Origin: Eledone cirrhosa
Lineage: Eukaryota
DNA length: 64,000 bases
Assembly (NCBI GenBank): GCA_964016885.1
Contig: OZ024744.1
Span: 59,892,001-59,956,000, forward strand
Reading direction: 5' to 3'
Shown here: piece after piece, positions 15,338 to 29,144 of the stretch
How the letters are laid out: each line of letters starts with the position of its first letter
Numbering within the stretch: the first letter of the stretch is position 1
Position numbers and translations under genes: made by a program
The notes under the pieces: model-generated
What the model was told of the DNA's origin: nothing
What the model saw: the letters and a program-made list of their open reading frames with translations, nothing else
Databases searched by the model: none

Positions 15338-15525
15338 CGAAGGAAATGTGGTAAGGAACCAGGTGGACCATAACGCACCAAAGTACTCAATACTTAGGGT
15401 AGTAGAGTGGGTAATAGGAACGAGTAGGACCCCGACGGCTGAGCTCAAGCCGTTTCGACGGCTAATTCTGGACTAGAATTAGCCGTCGAAACGGCTTGAG
15501 CTCAGCCGTCGGGGTCCTACTCGTT

Positions 15526-15530
<5 letters not shown>
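15336..15530. mobile_element. short PLE-like foldback carrying only the 3' half of an HHR (other copies 36908-37050, 57553-57765, 58946-59090)
   Basis: Palindrome 15414-15530; agccgtc GAAA CGGCT-tgagctc-AGCCG TC; unpaired tail; (TA)n on both sides. Confidence 0.7.
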
Positions 15531-15567
<37 letters not shown>

Positions 15568-15569
<2 letters not shown>

Positions 15570-15879
15570 AATAGGGTGACACAGGCTTTGTTTAGAAACG
15601 TCTGGCGAATTTGAAAATTAAATAGTAACATGTGCTTACGCCGTATTTGACATATGTACCTGCTATGGTTATATAACTTCTAATTGAATAGAAGGAAGCA
15701 TGGGTGGCGCGTTGGTGTAATGGTTACACATTGGTCCAGCAAACCAAGGATGAGGGTTCATGTCCCATGTACGTCAATACTCATCCTTTTTCTCCATTCA
15801 GGGATTTTTTAAAAATCCCAACCAACAGACTAATTCTATTTAGTCAAATACGGCATAAGCACGTGTTACTACCTAATTT
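15568..15879. mobile_element. second copy of the TIR element with tRNA-like unit (15706-15776); right TIR truncated
   Basis: Aligns end to end with 8127-8445; D stem gtgt/acac intact in this copy. Confidence 0.7.
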
Positions 15880-16236
15880 GTATATACATACACACAATCA
15901 CACACACATATATATATATATAGAGAGAGAGAGAGTGTGTGTGATAAATGACTACTACAGGACAAGAACTGTTTCAATCGTATGAAATCACCATGTGAAT
16001 GAAACAGTTTTAGTCCTTAAAAGTCATTTTCAGATAAAATAAAATAAAAACGCCTATTCTCTATCAATGTATTGAGTACATTTTTTAAACTGTGGTTACC
16101 CCCAATATAACACGGGAATCTACACATATATATAATTGTTTCTACAAGGCCAGCAATTAACCAGTACATCACTGGTACTTTATTTTATCGACCCCAATAA
16201 AATGTAGCTTGCTTGAAACATTATATATAATATATA

Positions 16237-17440
16237 ACGTTGAAAGAGATATATTCCTATTTATCGCTACGAGGGCGCAAAAGAAGGGGACAAATACAAA
16301 GGGGGCAGTTTACACAAAAAGGCGAGTAAAGAAAACAAATAACAAATATAAAACAAATAACAAATATAAAATTAACAATAAAGTCCTCAATAGGGAGGAG
16401 GCGTTTTTGGGGGTCGCACACACCCCCCGTAAAAAGTGTGCAACCCTTCTCCTCAGGAGCACAGAGAGAGGGTGCTCCCTTGTTCCTTCATCTTTTCCAC
16501 CTACAGGCTGATGTAGAGAGAAGGCCCATTCACACGGTCCATTCTCGCCACTTTCACCCACCTTTCATAAAAACGACTGGGGTGCAGCACCTCTCTCTCC
16601 ATCCTGATCCTTCTTCCAAAATGATATCGGAAGAAACGGACCAGTTGTTGGCCAGAGAGAAAGGTATCTGACCTCAGTCCTTTCAGACGCGTCCACCATA
16701 CAACCTCTTTCACCATGGCTATTATGCGCAGAAACACCGCCTCTCCTTCATTTTTGAAGGGGGGAGGCAGCTTAATCGTTACAATGGCCTTGGTGGTCAA
16801 CCGGATCGGTCCCACCCGTGACAGCAGTCGTTCCACATAGCCCCACAGATCGGCTACGACCGAGCAGTGTACCAATGCGTGTGCAACGGTTTCCTCATCG
16901 CACGCGCATCTGGGACAGATCTTTTTGGCGGGGTCCCTACCCGGGCGCCCGTGTCTGTAGAGCTTTTCTCGAACGGGTAGAGCCCCTCGGTAGCACTGCC
17001 AGGCCAGGGACTTCTGGGAGTTGTCCATAGGTCGGGGGCTGAATGTCCTACCGAACAGGCTGGCCAGTTCGTCTTCCTCCATGTCTAGGGCTTCTCCGAG
17101 GGCGTCGTCGCACGTACCAGCCCTCTATAGAATGTCGAGGTGGAGTCTCCACTGATAACCGGGTCCGCCTGCCAGAGGGCCGTGAGCGCCTGGGCACACT
17201 CAGTGTGCCAGGCGCCCAGTTTTCTCGGTCTTTGCTTGACCCAGGATTGCAGCTCGGTGAGTGAGACGAATCTGGGAAAGGTTCGTCTCACAAACGGGGG
17301 CCCACACCGGTTGACCGGTGTGGAATACGTGGAGGTGCCGTAGCCTTAATGCGTGTTTACGCATCATCATCCACGGCATCCCCAGCCCTCCTTTCGAAGG
17401 GTGTTGACAGCAGATGGATCTTCTCACGTTGAAAGAGATA
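16237..17440 (-). mobile_element. 5'-truncated Tx1-like LINE with a 15-bp target site duplication
   Basis: acgttgaaagagata at 16237-16251 and 17426-17440; CPRCACDEETVAHALVHC; GGLGMP. Confidence 0.9.
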
Positions 17441-17680
17441 GAAGGCTAAACAATACAAAATGGGCTGGTAACGAAAAATAAGTAACCTGGTAATCTTTGT
17501 TTCGTATTTTTTTTTTGTTCTTTTATCTGGCCAGAAAAAAGAACCTTATTTAGCGTATTATCGTATTAAAGCCTATTAGCCTATTAGCCTATTAAAGTAC
17601 CAGTAATGCACTGGATAATTGCTGGCCTTGTGCCAAAAGTAGAAACAATTATTTAGCCTATTATCTCTTTCAACGTTTTA

Positions 17681-17788
<108 letters not shown>

Positions 17789-17796
17789 ATATATAG

Positions 17797-18229
17797 TTAA
17801 AAGAATAGAGGTGTAACACACAAGTTATTATATATTGGTAAACGGAATAGAAAATGCTGACAAATTGTTCACAGTTGAAAAATGGTTTAATTAGGAATAA
17901 AAGAGTATTAGTGATTGTATGGGTTAGTATTCAGTTGTGGTTTTAAGTTTTTAAGTTTTTACCGGTTGCGCATTTCTAAATGCTTTTCAAAAATAATTTT
18001 GAGATAGAGTGTCCGTGCTGTTTGCTCTGATCTGGGCAAACAGCACGGACACTCTATCTCAAAATTATTTTTGAAAAGCATTTAGAAATGCGCAACCGGT
18101 AAAAACTTAAAAACTTAAAACCACAACTGAATACTAACCCATACAATCACTAATACTCTTTTATTCCTAATTAAACCATTTTTCAACTGTGAACAATTTG
18201 TCAGCATTTTCTATTCCGTTTACCAATAT
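17797..18229. mobile_element. PLE-like foldback (arms about 17832-18025 and 18036-18229) with variant HHRs at 17957-17993 (-) and 18068-18104 (+)
   Basis: Near-perfect 200-bp arms; TTGAAAA GCATT-taga-AATGC GCAA CCGGT A; second copy at 59132-59510. Confidence 0.8.
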
Positions 18230-18707
18230 TATACCCTTAACAAATTTAAACCAAAACTAAACGGGTTATCACCCCAATAGAATTGTCATAAAATATAAAC
18301 ACACATACGCACGGAATCACTACTATTAAAGACCAGAGACCAATTCTGTAGAATCAGGTTTATTCATTGACAGACCATGCCTTTGTGTGACCAACACATC
18401 CATGTTAAACCCTGCACGTGCACACACATATATCTATATATATATGCGCACACAGAATTCACCACTGTCGGTTGCGGGGCCCAATCTACATGAAGATCAG
18501 AATGACTTGTATTTTAATTTCACTGCCCCAACTTCTTATATTATGGAAAAAATATATGTGTCTGTATGTATATATATATATATATATTTGAAGGCCATTT
18601 CTCTGTGTGTGGGTGTATGTATGTGTGTGTGTGTGTGTGTGAGTATGTGTGTGCATGTGGATGTATGTATTGTGTGTGCGTGTGTGTGTGTGTGTATGTA
18701 TGTGTGG

Positions 18708-18791
<84 letters not shown>

Positions 18792-18830
18792 ATGTATGTG
18801 TGTATCTGGATGTATGTGTATGTATATATA

Positions 18831-18887
<57 letters not shown>

Positions 18888-19521
18888 ATGTGTATATATA
18901 TGTGTGTGTGTGTGTATGTGTGTATGTATATGTATGTGTGTGTGTATGTATGTGTGTATATGTATATATATATATCTATATATGTATATGTATATGTATG
19001 TATGTGTGGATGAAGGTATGTGTGTATATATAGGTGTAAGTGCACTAAATCCTTTTCTATCACGCTCCACTCTCCTACCCATCACAGGAAGATATGTGTG
19101 TGTATATTGCTTCCACCCCCTCACTGACCAGCAGCTGGCGATTGCTAAATCTGACCTTTATAAAATAACCCACACCCCAAATAACTTCTCATTCACTACC
19201 AGAAAGGGACACAGCGGTCAACCTGTTGTTGCTACCTAGATGAAAACTGCTATGAAATCCCACAATGAATTTTATACTTGAATTTTCAAGTCTCAAATTT
19301 TAACTCTTCGTATTATTAATTTTTCTTAATATTAATCAACATTTGAAAAGATGGCTTTTGCAGACCCATCGAAACCGGTCATTTTTTATACCCTTTATTA
19401 TTTCCTTACCTTATAAAATTATGTTTTTTCACAAAAAAGTATTCTGTCTCTTACATATTCCATGTGCCATTACCAACCTCAATTTTCTCTATAACCTTCG
19501 TTTTGTGTAGAAAATTACACT

Positions 19522-19526
<5 letters not shown>
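18230..19526 (+). mobile_element. PLE 3' fragment with a microsatellite-expanded 3' UTR
   Basis: Begins YTLNKFKPKLN (endonuclease end-like); HHR at 19341; ends in (TA)n. Confidence 0.5.
19341..19382 (+). ncRNA. hammerhead motif with U3-A8 core
   Basis: at TTGAAAA GATGG-11nt-CCATC GAAA CCGGT C at. Confidence 0.7.
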
Positions 19527-19582
<56 letters not shown>

Positions 19583-19742
19583 TCTGTATGTAGGAACATA
19601 TGTATGTTTGTATGTATATGCAGCGAAAAAGTCCGCAGGAAGGAAAAAAGGAAAGGAGAGCTTTTTATTATTACTGTGATTCGTACAACCAACCTGCAGT
19701 GAAACCTAAGGTAGCGTAATGCATGTTACCTGCATGAATATA

Positions 19743-19773
<31 letters not shown>

Positions 19774-19779
19774 TGTATG

Positions 19780-19809
<30 letters not shown>

Positions 19810-19810
<1 letters not shown>

Positions 19811-20670
19811 GAGTCAATGGCCATCCAAAATCACCGGGAGAGATGACCCCTTAGCCTTTGTCAAGGCAGAATTCTAGGAGAAGGAAAACTCTGATATAAC
19901 ACCTGCAACCCTGATGGTATCCAATGATGTTGACTTGTTCTTCTTTTTGGTAAATATTATCTTGGTTAAGAGAGTGGGACTGGCTTTGTGCAGTTCCTTT
20001 GCTCACTATAAAAGCTTCACGGCACAGGCATTGCTTTATATCTGGAGATCTCTCTGCACTTGTCGTCACATGGTACCATGGGCCCAGCACTATGTGTCAA
20101 TAATTGTCACAAGTGTAGTGTTTGTACCAGAGTTTTCAAGTCGCTGGCTGGACTAAAAAGTCACTCGTTCAGCGCATCGGTAGGGGTTCTCCTACATGGA
20201 TATAAAGTAGTGGCCGTACTCGAAAACGAGTTGGCAGCCACCATGTATGTATGTATGTATGTATGTATGTATGTATGTATGTATGTATGTATGTATGTAT
20301 GTATGTATGTATGTGTGTGTGTGGCTGTCTCTCTGTCTGTCTGTATGTATGTATGTATGTATGTGTGTGTGTCTGTCTGTCTGTATGTATGTATCTATCT
20401 ATGTATGTATGTATGCAGTGCCTTTGCTCACTATAAAAGCTTCACGGCACAGGCATTGCTTTATATCTGGAGATCTCTCTGCACTTGTCGTCAGATGGTA
20501 CCATGGGCCCAGCACTATGTGTCAATAATTGTCAAAAGTGTAGTGTTTGTACCAGAGTTTTCAAATCGCTGGCTGGACTAAAAAGTCACACTCGTTCAGC
20601 GCATCCGTAGGGGTTCTCCTACATGGATATAAAGTAGTGGCCGTACTCGAAAACGAGTTGGCAGCCACCA
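19810..20670 (+). mobile_element. short non-autonomous RTE-like element (19810-20243) plus a partial tandem copy (20417-20670), with (ATGT)n tails
   Basis: CSVCTRVFKSLAGLKSHTRSAHP* C2H2 finger; 3' stem-loop ctcg-aaaa-cgag; longer copy at 30420-30988. Confidence 0.65.
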
Positions 20671-20889
20671 TGTATGTATGTATGTAGGTAGGTAGGTAGG
20701 TAGGTATGTGTGTATGAATGTGTGTGTCTGTCTGTCTGCCTGTCTATATGTATGTATGTATGTAGGTAGGTATGTGTGTATGTGTGTGTGTCTGTCTATA
20801 TGTATGTATGTGCGGATGTGTATGTTTTGAGTTGTGTGTGTGCATGTGTATATGCTTTGTATCTGTACATGTGTACATACAGTTATTAG

Positions 20890-21845
20890 ATGCAACATTT
20901 TTGGAATGTTTTACATATTTTTACTGTTCCATTAATAGATTGTACTTGTAGTTTCCTAACTAGTTGTGTTCTTTCTGTTCCTGTGAAGCCTAGCTTCTCA
21001 AGATTTGTATTGAGGTAGTTACTAACATATCACAGTGCCAAAATAATCACAGGTATAAATCTGAAGGTGTAATCAAGGTGGAGTATCTGCAGATTTCTCA
21101 TCAGTTCTGCATAGATATTCTCCTTTTCACTAATCTTTGATATTATATTGGCATCTGCTGGGCAGCTAATTTCCACTACTGTGCATGTTTTCTTCTCCTT
21201 GTCCCATATCATAATATCTGGTCTGTTATGCCTGCATTTTATTGGGGTTTTGACTGGAACATTCCACCAGTACTCTTTCATATTATGTACATAGATGTCT
21301 TCCACTGTAGCTTTTAATGTGTTTATTATCGGGGCTATCTTTTTTACGAACTGCATTGTACAGTGTTTTGGCCACTACATCATGCCTCATAGGTAGATAG
21401 TACCGCGATGACATCTTTGGACAGCTGCTGATGACATGGGTGATTTCCTCGATGTTAGTTCTGCAGAGTCTGCACTTGTTATCACATCTAGGTGTTTTGC
21501 CTGCATCCCTATCTCTTTTGTGAATCAGGTATTTCGTGCTAATCTCCTGTTCTTGGATTGCAAAAGCGTATCCTTCAAAGTGGGAGCCAATATAGCAGTT
21601 GTTGGTTCAAGATAGACTACTTTCCTTATCTATATTACTCTCACTCGGGAGCTTCCTGGCAACATATCCATGCATGATTTTTTGCTGATAAGCATGCAGT
21701 TTTTCATCCATGGATTCACTGCGATACTGCTGAGCGACATCCCTGGGTGTGAGTTTTTGATTATCACACAGGGTATATCACTCGAGGAGTTCCTTTCCAA
21801 CTCTCATGATCTTATCTGTTTCATGCAGATAGACTTGCTCGAGAA
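20890..21845 (-). mobile_element. R4/Dong-like RLE LINE, 3' fragment
   Basis: CRLC..EEITHVISSC knuckle; HNRPDIMIWD..VEISCP..K restriction-like endonuclease. Confidence 0.85.
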
Positions 21846-21861
21846 AATGTATGTATGTATG

Positions 21862-21895
<34 letters not shown>

Positions 21896-22599
21896 TGTAT
21901 GTATGTATGTATGTATGTATGTATGTATGTATGTATGTATGTATGTATGTATGTATGTATGTAGGTAGGTAGGTATGAATATGTATATATGGTGGTAGAC
22001 TTAAGCCCAGTTTAACACCACCATCTGTCACATGAATGCCTTTTGCGAAGTCTATTTTGTTGGAAGGATTCGGACCATGTCTCCCAGTTGGAGGAAATTT
22101 CCTACCTACCTACCTCACATCTGTTTCTGAAGCCCTTAAAGGGGTAATGTGCGTCCTGCCCTTCCCTTTCTGATTAAGCAGTGAAAACAAAAAAATATGT
22201 GGCAGTCAGAAAGCGTTATCCTACCAGATATTCCGTATCGCCCTTTTATAGTTCTCGAACTTACCTATTACCTCTTGATGAGTAGTTGTTTAGCCCAAAA
22301 TCAGCGTTTCAGCCATGACTAGCCTTTCTCAAGCGTAGAATACCCCGGATTAAATTATCTACTATGTTTTATTTTTCCATTTTAAATCATTAGTAAGGTT
22401 GTGGTTTGATGGCTGTTAAATCTAACATATCCTATATGTTTTGCTGCCCTCAGTTCATATGACTATAATCCACAACTACCATTAATTTGTGACTTTTTTT
22501 GCACAGTATTGATATTGATATTGTGACCGATATAAATACACTTCCTATCGGGGCCATAACTTATGGTTGACGATGAGAAGCATTCGTGTCCTTTTTCCC

Positions 22600-23220
22600 A
22601 TTAACGTTCTTTCATACTATTAGTAATTGTCCTTACTTTGTATCAAAGAGTTTCGAAATAATGTTTGGAACCTCTCCCTTATGAAGGTCTAGCTTTCTAA
22701 GGTTTATTTTCAACTCATTTGTCACATTTATCAAGGCTCCAATGACAATTGACAGAATCATAACCTTGTCAACTTGAGAATTTCATATTTCAGGTCAATG
22801 TAATGTTATACATTTTCTTTCTCCTGGTATCAAATGACCATCATATGTCAATTGCCAAATACATTTATTTCTTCTTACTAATGAACACAATATCCAGTTT
22901 GTTGTGTTGTATTTTCATTTCTGTCTATGAAAAGTCTCATAGTTGTCTCATTTCCTTGTTTTCTAGAACTTTCATTTCTCTTTCCACAAAATTGTCATAG
23001 TTCTTTTTTGTGTATGTAAAACTAAATTTCTGAAAATGTCTGGTGAACTATTGTTGCTATTTTATCCTGTCTACAACTCTTGTGTTCATTTTGAACTAAT
23101 TGTGAACATTCTAAAACTGTGTGTGCTATAGCCTAATCGGTTTAATTTCACATTCTACATTTGGGTGAACAGCCCTGCTTAACTATCATTCTCCTTATCC
23201 AATTTACCCTTATAACATGT
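22600..23220 (-). mobile_element. very degenerate RLE LINE fragment
   Basis: Broken remnants such as IQHNKLDIV and IVIGAL. Confidence 0.5.
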
Positions 23221-23387
23221 CCCTGCGCTGTTAAGATCAATCTCGCTGTCTTTTCGTCAACACTGTTCTCTTTAACCTACGTATACCCTGTCATTGACAC
23301 CCCTTATCTCTTCTGTCTGTTTGCGAAATACTGAAATGAGCTTTTTTTCTTCAAAGTTTGATTATCGCAAATTATTATTATTATTAT

Positions 23388-23612
23388 TTGAATTGGCAGT
23401 ATCGGTAGAGCGTCGGCAATATGCTTTGAAGCATAGAGTTACGACCCTTTACGGTCTGATTTCAAATCCTGCTGAGGTTAGCTTTGCCTTTCATTCTTAC
23501 GAGGTCGATAAAAAAAGTACCAGTAATACACTGAGATCGATTAAATTGACTTTCTCCCCCTTAAAATTGCTGGCTTTGTTGTGCCTATAGTAGAAGGAAT
23601 TATTATTATTAT
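23388..23612 (+). mobile_element. tRNA-derived SINE
   Basis: Matches 28707-28900 (ctttgcctttcat..gtcgataaa..gtaccagt); (TTA)/(TTG) tail. Confidence 0.8.
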
Positions 23613-23614
23613 GG

Positions 23615-23650
<36 letters not shown>

Positions 23651-23799
23651 CGTGTCTTGACACAACATGTTAAATTGTTCCGTAAGTCTGTTCCTTTTTT
23701 ATATTATTAATACAATGTTTTATATTGAACATTTGTTATTGTTTTAGTGACAAACTAACCAGGATCTTCATGAGCTTCATAGTTTTTATCCATTTGTAG

Positions 23800-26700
23800 T
23801 CCTTAGGAGCTAAACCCGTGTTTGATTTTCAAACATACCCCTCAATTGTTTTTAGAATGAAGATAGTGGACGACGAATTTTCTTCTGCAAGACAGAACAG
23901 CTTGCTGTCCACAGGATGGAACAGTGAAAGTTCAGAAAACAATGACCACAGGAGCAGTAACAATGACAACAACTCTTCACGGGAAAACTATGAAACCAAT
24001 GTTATATAACTTAAAGCTTCAACAACATCGCCATCACTATCATAAGAACAACAAAATAAAACAAATCCAGCAAAAAAAACAACACTAGCACGAATACTGC
24101 CACTCCCATTTACCATCATCATCACTACTGCCACTGCAGTAACAAAAAATATAACAGAAACACCAAAAGTTACCGTAGCACAGACAACAACGCCAACATG
24201 AACAACAACAAGACATTTGCAGTAACAGCTACAAAAGCCATACAAATGTTTAATATAGCCTTAATAGACAAAGACAATTGTTTGGCAGGAGCGGCCAAAC
24301 TTGTCAAATTAGATAAGACTTGGGCTGACATAGCCGCACCCCCCGTGGTGTGGGTAGCAACCTATCTACCAATGTATTTCGGCAAAAGCTAGACGACCGG
24401 AGCCAGCACCTCCAGCAGATGTAGAAAGAGCACTGAAAGACATACTGTCTGACATCCAACATACCACTAGAGCCGGGCAATTTGGAAACATTTCAGTGCT
24501 CTTCAAAAGTGAAACTATGTGTGAGCAATACAGTCTGTATCTAGTGTATATAGGGAAAAGAACAGTAAATCCCGGAGGAGTTGGATAAAGGGTGGATCCT
24601 GGCTTGCGTGATACTGGTGGGCAATGACACTCTCCTCGGGGTGAGAAGGTCCTGGCAGAAAAACTGATCTGGAATCAGAATGGATGTGCTACTTTACATC
24701 AAACTAGAAAAGATCAATGATACCCAGGCCACATTCGCTTGCAGGATGAAAAAGAAATCAATGTCGGGTGAATACAAAACCCTCGTTGACATCAGTGTGA
24801 AGACACTGGTCGCTTGAGAAATTTTCTGCTCTCAACGGAAGCAGAGAACCACAAAGACCCCTTGCTACTAATAACCACAACAACAACTAAACAAACAGCG
24901 AACAACAACAGCAGCGGCAACATCCACGTTAGCAGCAGCAGCAACATCAACAACAATCTCTTAAAAGCTATTGCTAACCAACAACTGCAGCAACAGCACC
25001 AGTAATAGGAACAACAGCAACAGTTACAGCAACAACAGCAGAAGCACCAACACCACCACTAACAGCTGAAAGAAAAAAACTACAGACATCGTCTAAAAAC
25101 CCCAGGGGATCTCCCAACATAGCTCTACCTCTCTCTCTTATTCTCCCCCTCTCTCGCTCTTTATCTCTCTCTATACACACACACACTCACATAGAAAGTC
25201 ACAAACACAAACCCAAACACCTTCCAACCATATCCGAGACTGATTCTTCAAATACCGGTACCTCCATTGAAATAAAAATGAAAACACAAAAAGCATCTTG
25301 CCTCACACACACACACACACAAGAAACCACAGAGAATACACCCACAGCAAATACAGACACATCTACAACGATTCACCCCTACCAACACCACAGCTACCCC
25401 TACCACTACTATCACTAACAACACTACGACTACCACATCTACCCACAAAAAGAAAACACATGCAACAATCATCAACAACACAGAAACCAAACTTCGTGCT
25501 AGTGAGGAGAGCCAATGAAAAATCGATGGCCCTCGTTGCACAAAGTAAGGATATTGAGAAAGAAGGGAAAATATTTTGTACCAGGGTGTTTAAAGTGCTG
25601 CAAACGCTAACGATGGTGCGCATGTCTCTTTAGGAATACAAAAACATTGCGGAGAGCTTCCCTTACGACGTGGGACCCCCTGTGCAAAAGCCACCTGTAG
25701 GCTTTTAAAGGCATTCGCAAGGAGCTCCGACCAAATATGGAAATCGAAAAACCCGGGAGAGTAAGTCATTCTGGCTAACATGGCAATTTCAAGAGTAGGT
25801 TGTATAAATGCACGTGGCCTGTGGTCGTCATAGAAGCTAGGTCGCTTGCTCTACAACCTTAGGTCATTAGCTCTAGATTTGACCGTCACCAGCGAAACCA
25901 AGATTTCCGGAGACACACGCACTAATACCCATTTTTGACGACTTTGAGGTCTATTAGTCGGGTTGGAATAGATGGAAGGGTCTGAATGCTGTTTTAGAAA
26001 GGCCTGGATCTCAAGGTACAGATGATCTTCATGGACCTAGTCTGTAAGTGTGTGGTCCTAGGTGTGAAGAATATCCAAATCAAAAGTGATATTTTTAGAC
26101 TTGTGACCCTCTATTCCCCAACTGGGGCAGAGCAGTTGGATTTCTTCAGGTGTTTGGAAGACTTCCTTTAAAGTCTCGCCCTTTACTGTTAGTGAGGGAC
26201 TAGAACGGTACCTTAGACGCATAAAGGGACTGTATGGAAGTAGCTGATAAGAAGCCGGGAGTGCCAAGCCTCAAGAACTTGATTAGACGATTCCAACTCT
26301 GAGAAGTACTAACTAGATTTCCCAAATAAGCCAGTGCGTGAATGAAAGAAATCGCATAGGGTCATGTAGATATTATTTAGATAGGTTTTTTTCTTGCGTT
26401 AACAGACAAGGACAACGTAGAGTATCCACAACTGCAAACTTCTCCTATTCAGACCAAAAATTTAATATCTGCATGGTTGATCTAGACAGAACTCGTCGAC
26501 AGGTACCCAGATACTGGAAACTTATTGCGTTGTTCCTGACGCATAAAGCAACCGGATTAGAACATTAGTTAAGCCATATTTGATAGAGACAATTGCCAAC
26601 AACGGGTGGTAGTGAGCTCTTAAGAGAGTGACTAGATTAGAATCAATAGCTTTTAATAGATAAGTATCAATAGAATTAAATTAAACAGAGGGGGAATTAG

Positions 26701-28232
26701 TAGCTAAACTGGAAGAGGCGATTAGGAGTTGCCTAACAACTAATGTACTAGCTGCTAGACTGGCACTAGACTATTACGAAGGTTGCATTGTCAGACAGGA
26801 AGGAACGAAATCTGTTCGATGGGTCAGAGTTGCAACATGGTAATAAATTCATAATTCGATCTTTAACGGGCTGCGATGGGCGCATCCTGCTCGATTTCAG
26901 CCAGATGTGTGCGGCTTCCCAACGGCAATTTGAACTGTTCGGGGCAAGCGGGATTACGGAGATAGTAGTGGACTACAGTTCTTACCTCGACGGCCTGCTT
27001 TGGCTCTCAGCGGAAGATGCAGAGTGCTGCGAAAAGCCGATATCAACAGGCTAGACGCGAGAAATCCTGGTCGTAAATCGCTCGATTTGAATGGTCTACC
27101 CTACGTTGACGAGAACAAGGATCAACCCTGGAAAGTCAGTGGATTTGCAGCTCTACTCCTGGAGATGCGAATCCATGCGTCGTGGGAACATGAACGGGCA
27201 GACCGGTCAACTTGCTCGCATTCTGGTTTGACGCAGACCTCCATGTGGATAAGAACTGGGACAAGACAACGGGCAGGATGGCCACTCTCACCCAGAAATA
27301 GGCCGAGATGTAACTTCTGAAATGTCGGGTAGAGGTGACGAACGCATATTCGCATCCGTCATCTATTACCGCCCGACAGTTGTGATTTGCCTCAGTTTGC
27401 GTCTTGCCAGGCTGGAGCGCCTGTTCTTTCACTTCTTGGGGAAGGGACAGATTCCACTAGACCATCTGCTACCAACACTCTTTGCGTAGAGGGCCTGACA
27501 TACCTTGGGTGGTGATACTCAAACATGCGCTGGGGCTACTGCATTTACAGAACTTTTGATCCGGGGACTATAGATAATTTCCAGAAATCCCTGGCTTGGT
27601 AGTGCTACCAGGGCGCACTGCCGGTTCGGGACAAACTCTTCAGACACGGAAGTGCTGTCAGATGGACCTGTCTGAGATGCACGCAGGGCAATACAATCGT
27701 TCTGCATGCACTCATTCAGTGCCCGAGCATTACTCACTTGTGGAGTTTTGTCGAACAGTTATTTGGGCGAGTAGGACGGGTCCGTCTATCGACCGATTCC
27801 ATCGCCAATATCATCCGGAAGCTTTCCTTTTGCCGGGAAGGGCAGGCAATTTTCCTCTGCTGATAGCAGTGGCGAAAGATGTGTGGTGGACGCGTCTGAA
27901 AGGACTGAAGACAGACACTTTCCTAAAGGAAGCTGTGGGTGAAGAAGGAAAAGGTGAGGGGATATAGCTTGGATGGACCTACTCTAAGCATGCGCTTGTA
28001 GACTGGAGAGTTCGGAGGGGAAGGGAATTGGGGTGGTTTCGCATCTGTAGGGTTCGTAAACTACTAGGGGATGCTCCCTCTATTGAGGAATTTTGTCGTT
28101 TTGATTCATTGTTATTTTGTTACTTGTTTTCTTTGCTTACATGGTTAATTTATGTAAATCACCATTGCCCTAGTTCATTTGTATTGTCCCTTGTATTTCG
28201 GCCCTTATGGCTAATAAAGAAATAATTATTTT
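23800..28232 (+). mobile_element. old degenerate Tx1-like LINE (ORF1 remnant, APE, deleted RT, 3' UTR)
   Basis: KTWADIAA; VGCINARGL, SETK, YLDR, SDQK endonuclease remnants; WQCYQGALPVRDKL; WWTRLKGLKTDTF; AATAAA at 28213. Confidence 0.8.
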
Positions 28233-28706
28233 TATTGCGAAAGAAGCTGCATGGGGAACACATTTATAAGAAATCTTCCTCTCTAATCAAATCCTCATCC
28301 CTTTTTCAAGTACCACTTGAGGAGAAAGGTGAGGGTAGAGAGGGAGTTTCTACATCCTAGTGTGTTTTATGAAAGATGAGTGAGAGCGGCGAGATTGACG
28401 AGGCTAAATCTGTCTAATTTGATTATGCTTTTCTAAGCAGGAAGAAAGAAGTAGGGAGAGAGTACCTTTAAACCCCATGAGGCGACAGATTAATCCGGAG
28501 TTGTTTTGCGGAACTATTTCTAGTTGACATTTGTTAATGTTTTGTTTGTTATCATTACCATCTACTAGGTATTGTTATATCTACAGTTTCCCTTTTGTTG
28601 ATGTCCCCTTCCCTTTACTCGATGTAAACCCTACTTAGTACTGTCTTTCGTCCTAGTAGTGTTCCTAACGACTTTGGCCCTTAGGACCAATATAGGAAAT
28701 CATTTT

Positions 28707-28900
28707 GGCGGTGGATTGGCAGTATCGGTAGAGGGTCGGACGCTATGCTTTGCAGCAAAGAGTTATGGCCCTTGCCATTCTGAATTCAAATCCCGCCGAG
28801 GTAAACTTTGCCTTTCATCCTTACGGGGTCGATAAAATGAAGTACCAGTAATGCACTGAGTAATTGTTGGGCTTGTGCCAAAAGTAGAAACAATTATTAT
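28707..28900 (+). mobile_element. tRNA-derived SINE, full-length reference copy (other copies or fragments: 16133-16195 -, 17595-17652 +, 40098-40210 -)
   Basis: A-box tggcagtatcgg, B-box-like aattcaaatccc, conserved body, (TTA) tail; at least 9 copies or fragments in the window. Confidence 0.85.
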
Positions 28901-29100
28901 CGTTGTTGCTGTTGTTGATGATATTATTGTTGTCGTTGATGCTGCCGTTGTTATTAATATCTTCATTATCATTGATGTTATTAATATCTTCATTATCAGA
29001 AGTACTCATTAAAACTGTAACTCCCCGTTATCTCCTCTAAGATGTAAGATTAGCATGCGATATGTGTGTAAGCATGTATATATGTATCTATGTATCTATG

Positions 29101-29144
<44 letters not shown>

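Noticed and set aside
28707-28800. tRNA-like heads as real tRNA genes
   Set aside because: They continue into a conserved SINE body and tail and do not form full cloverleafs
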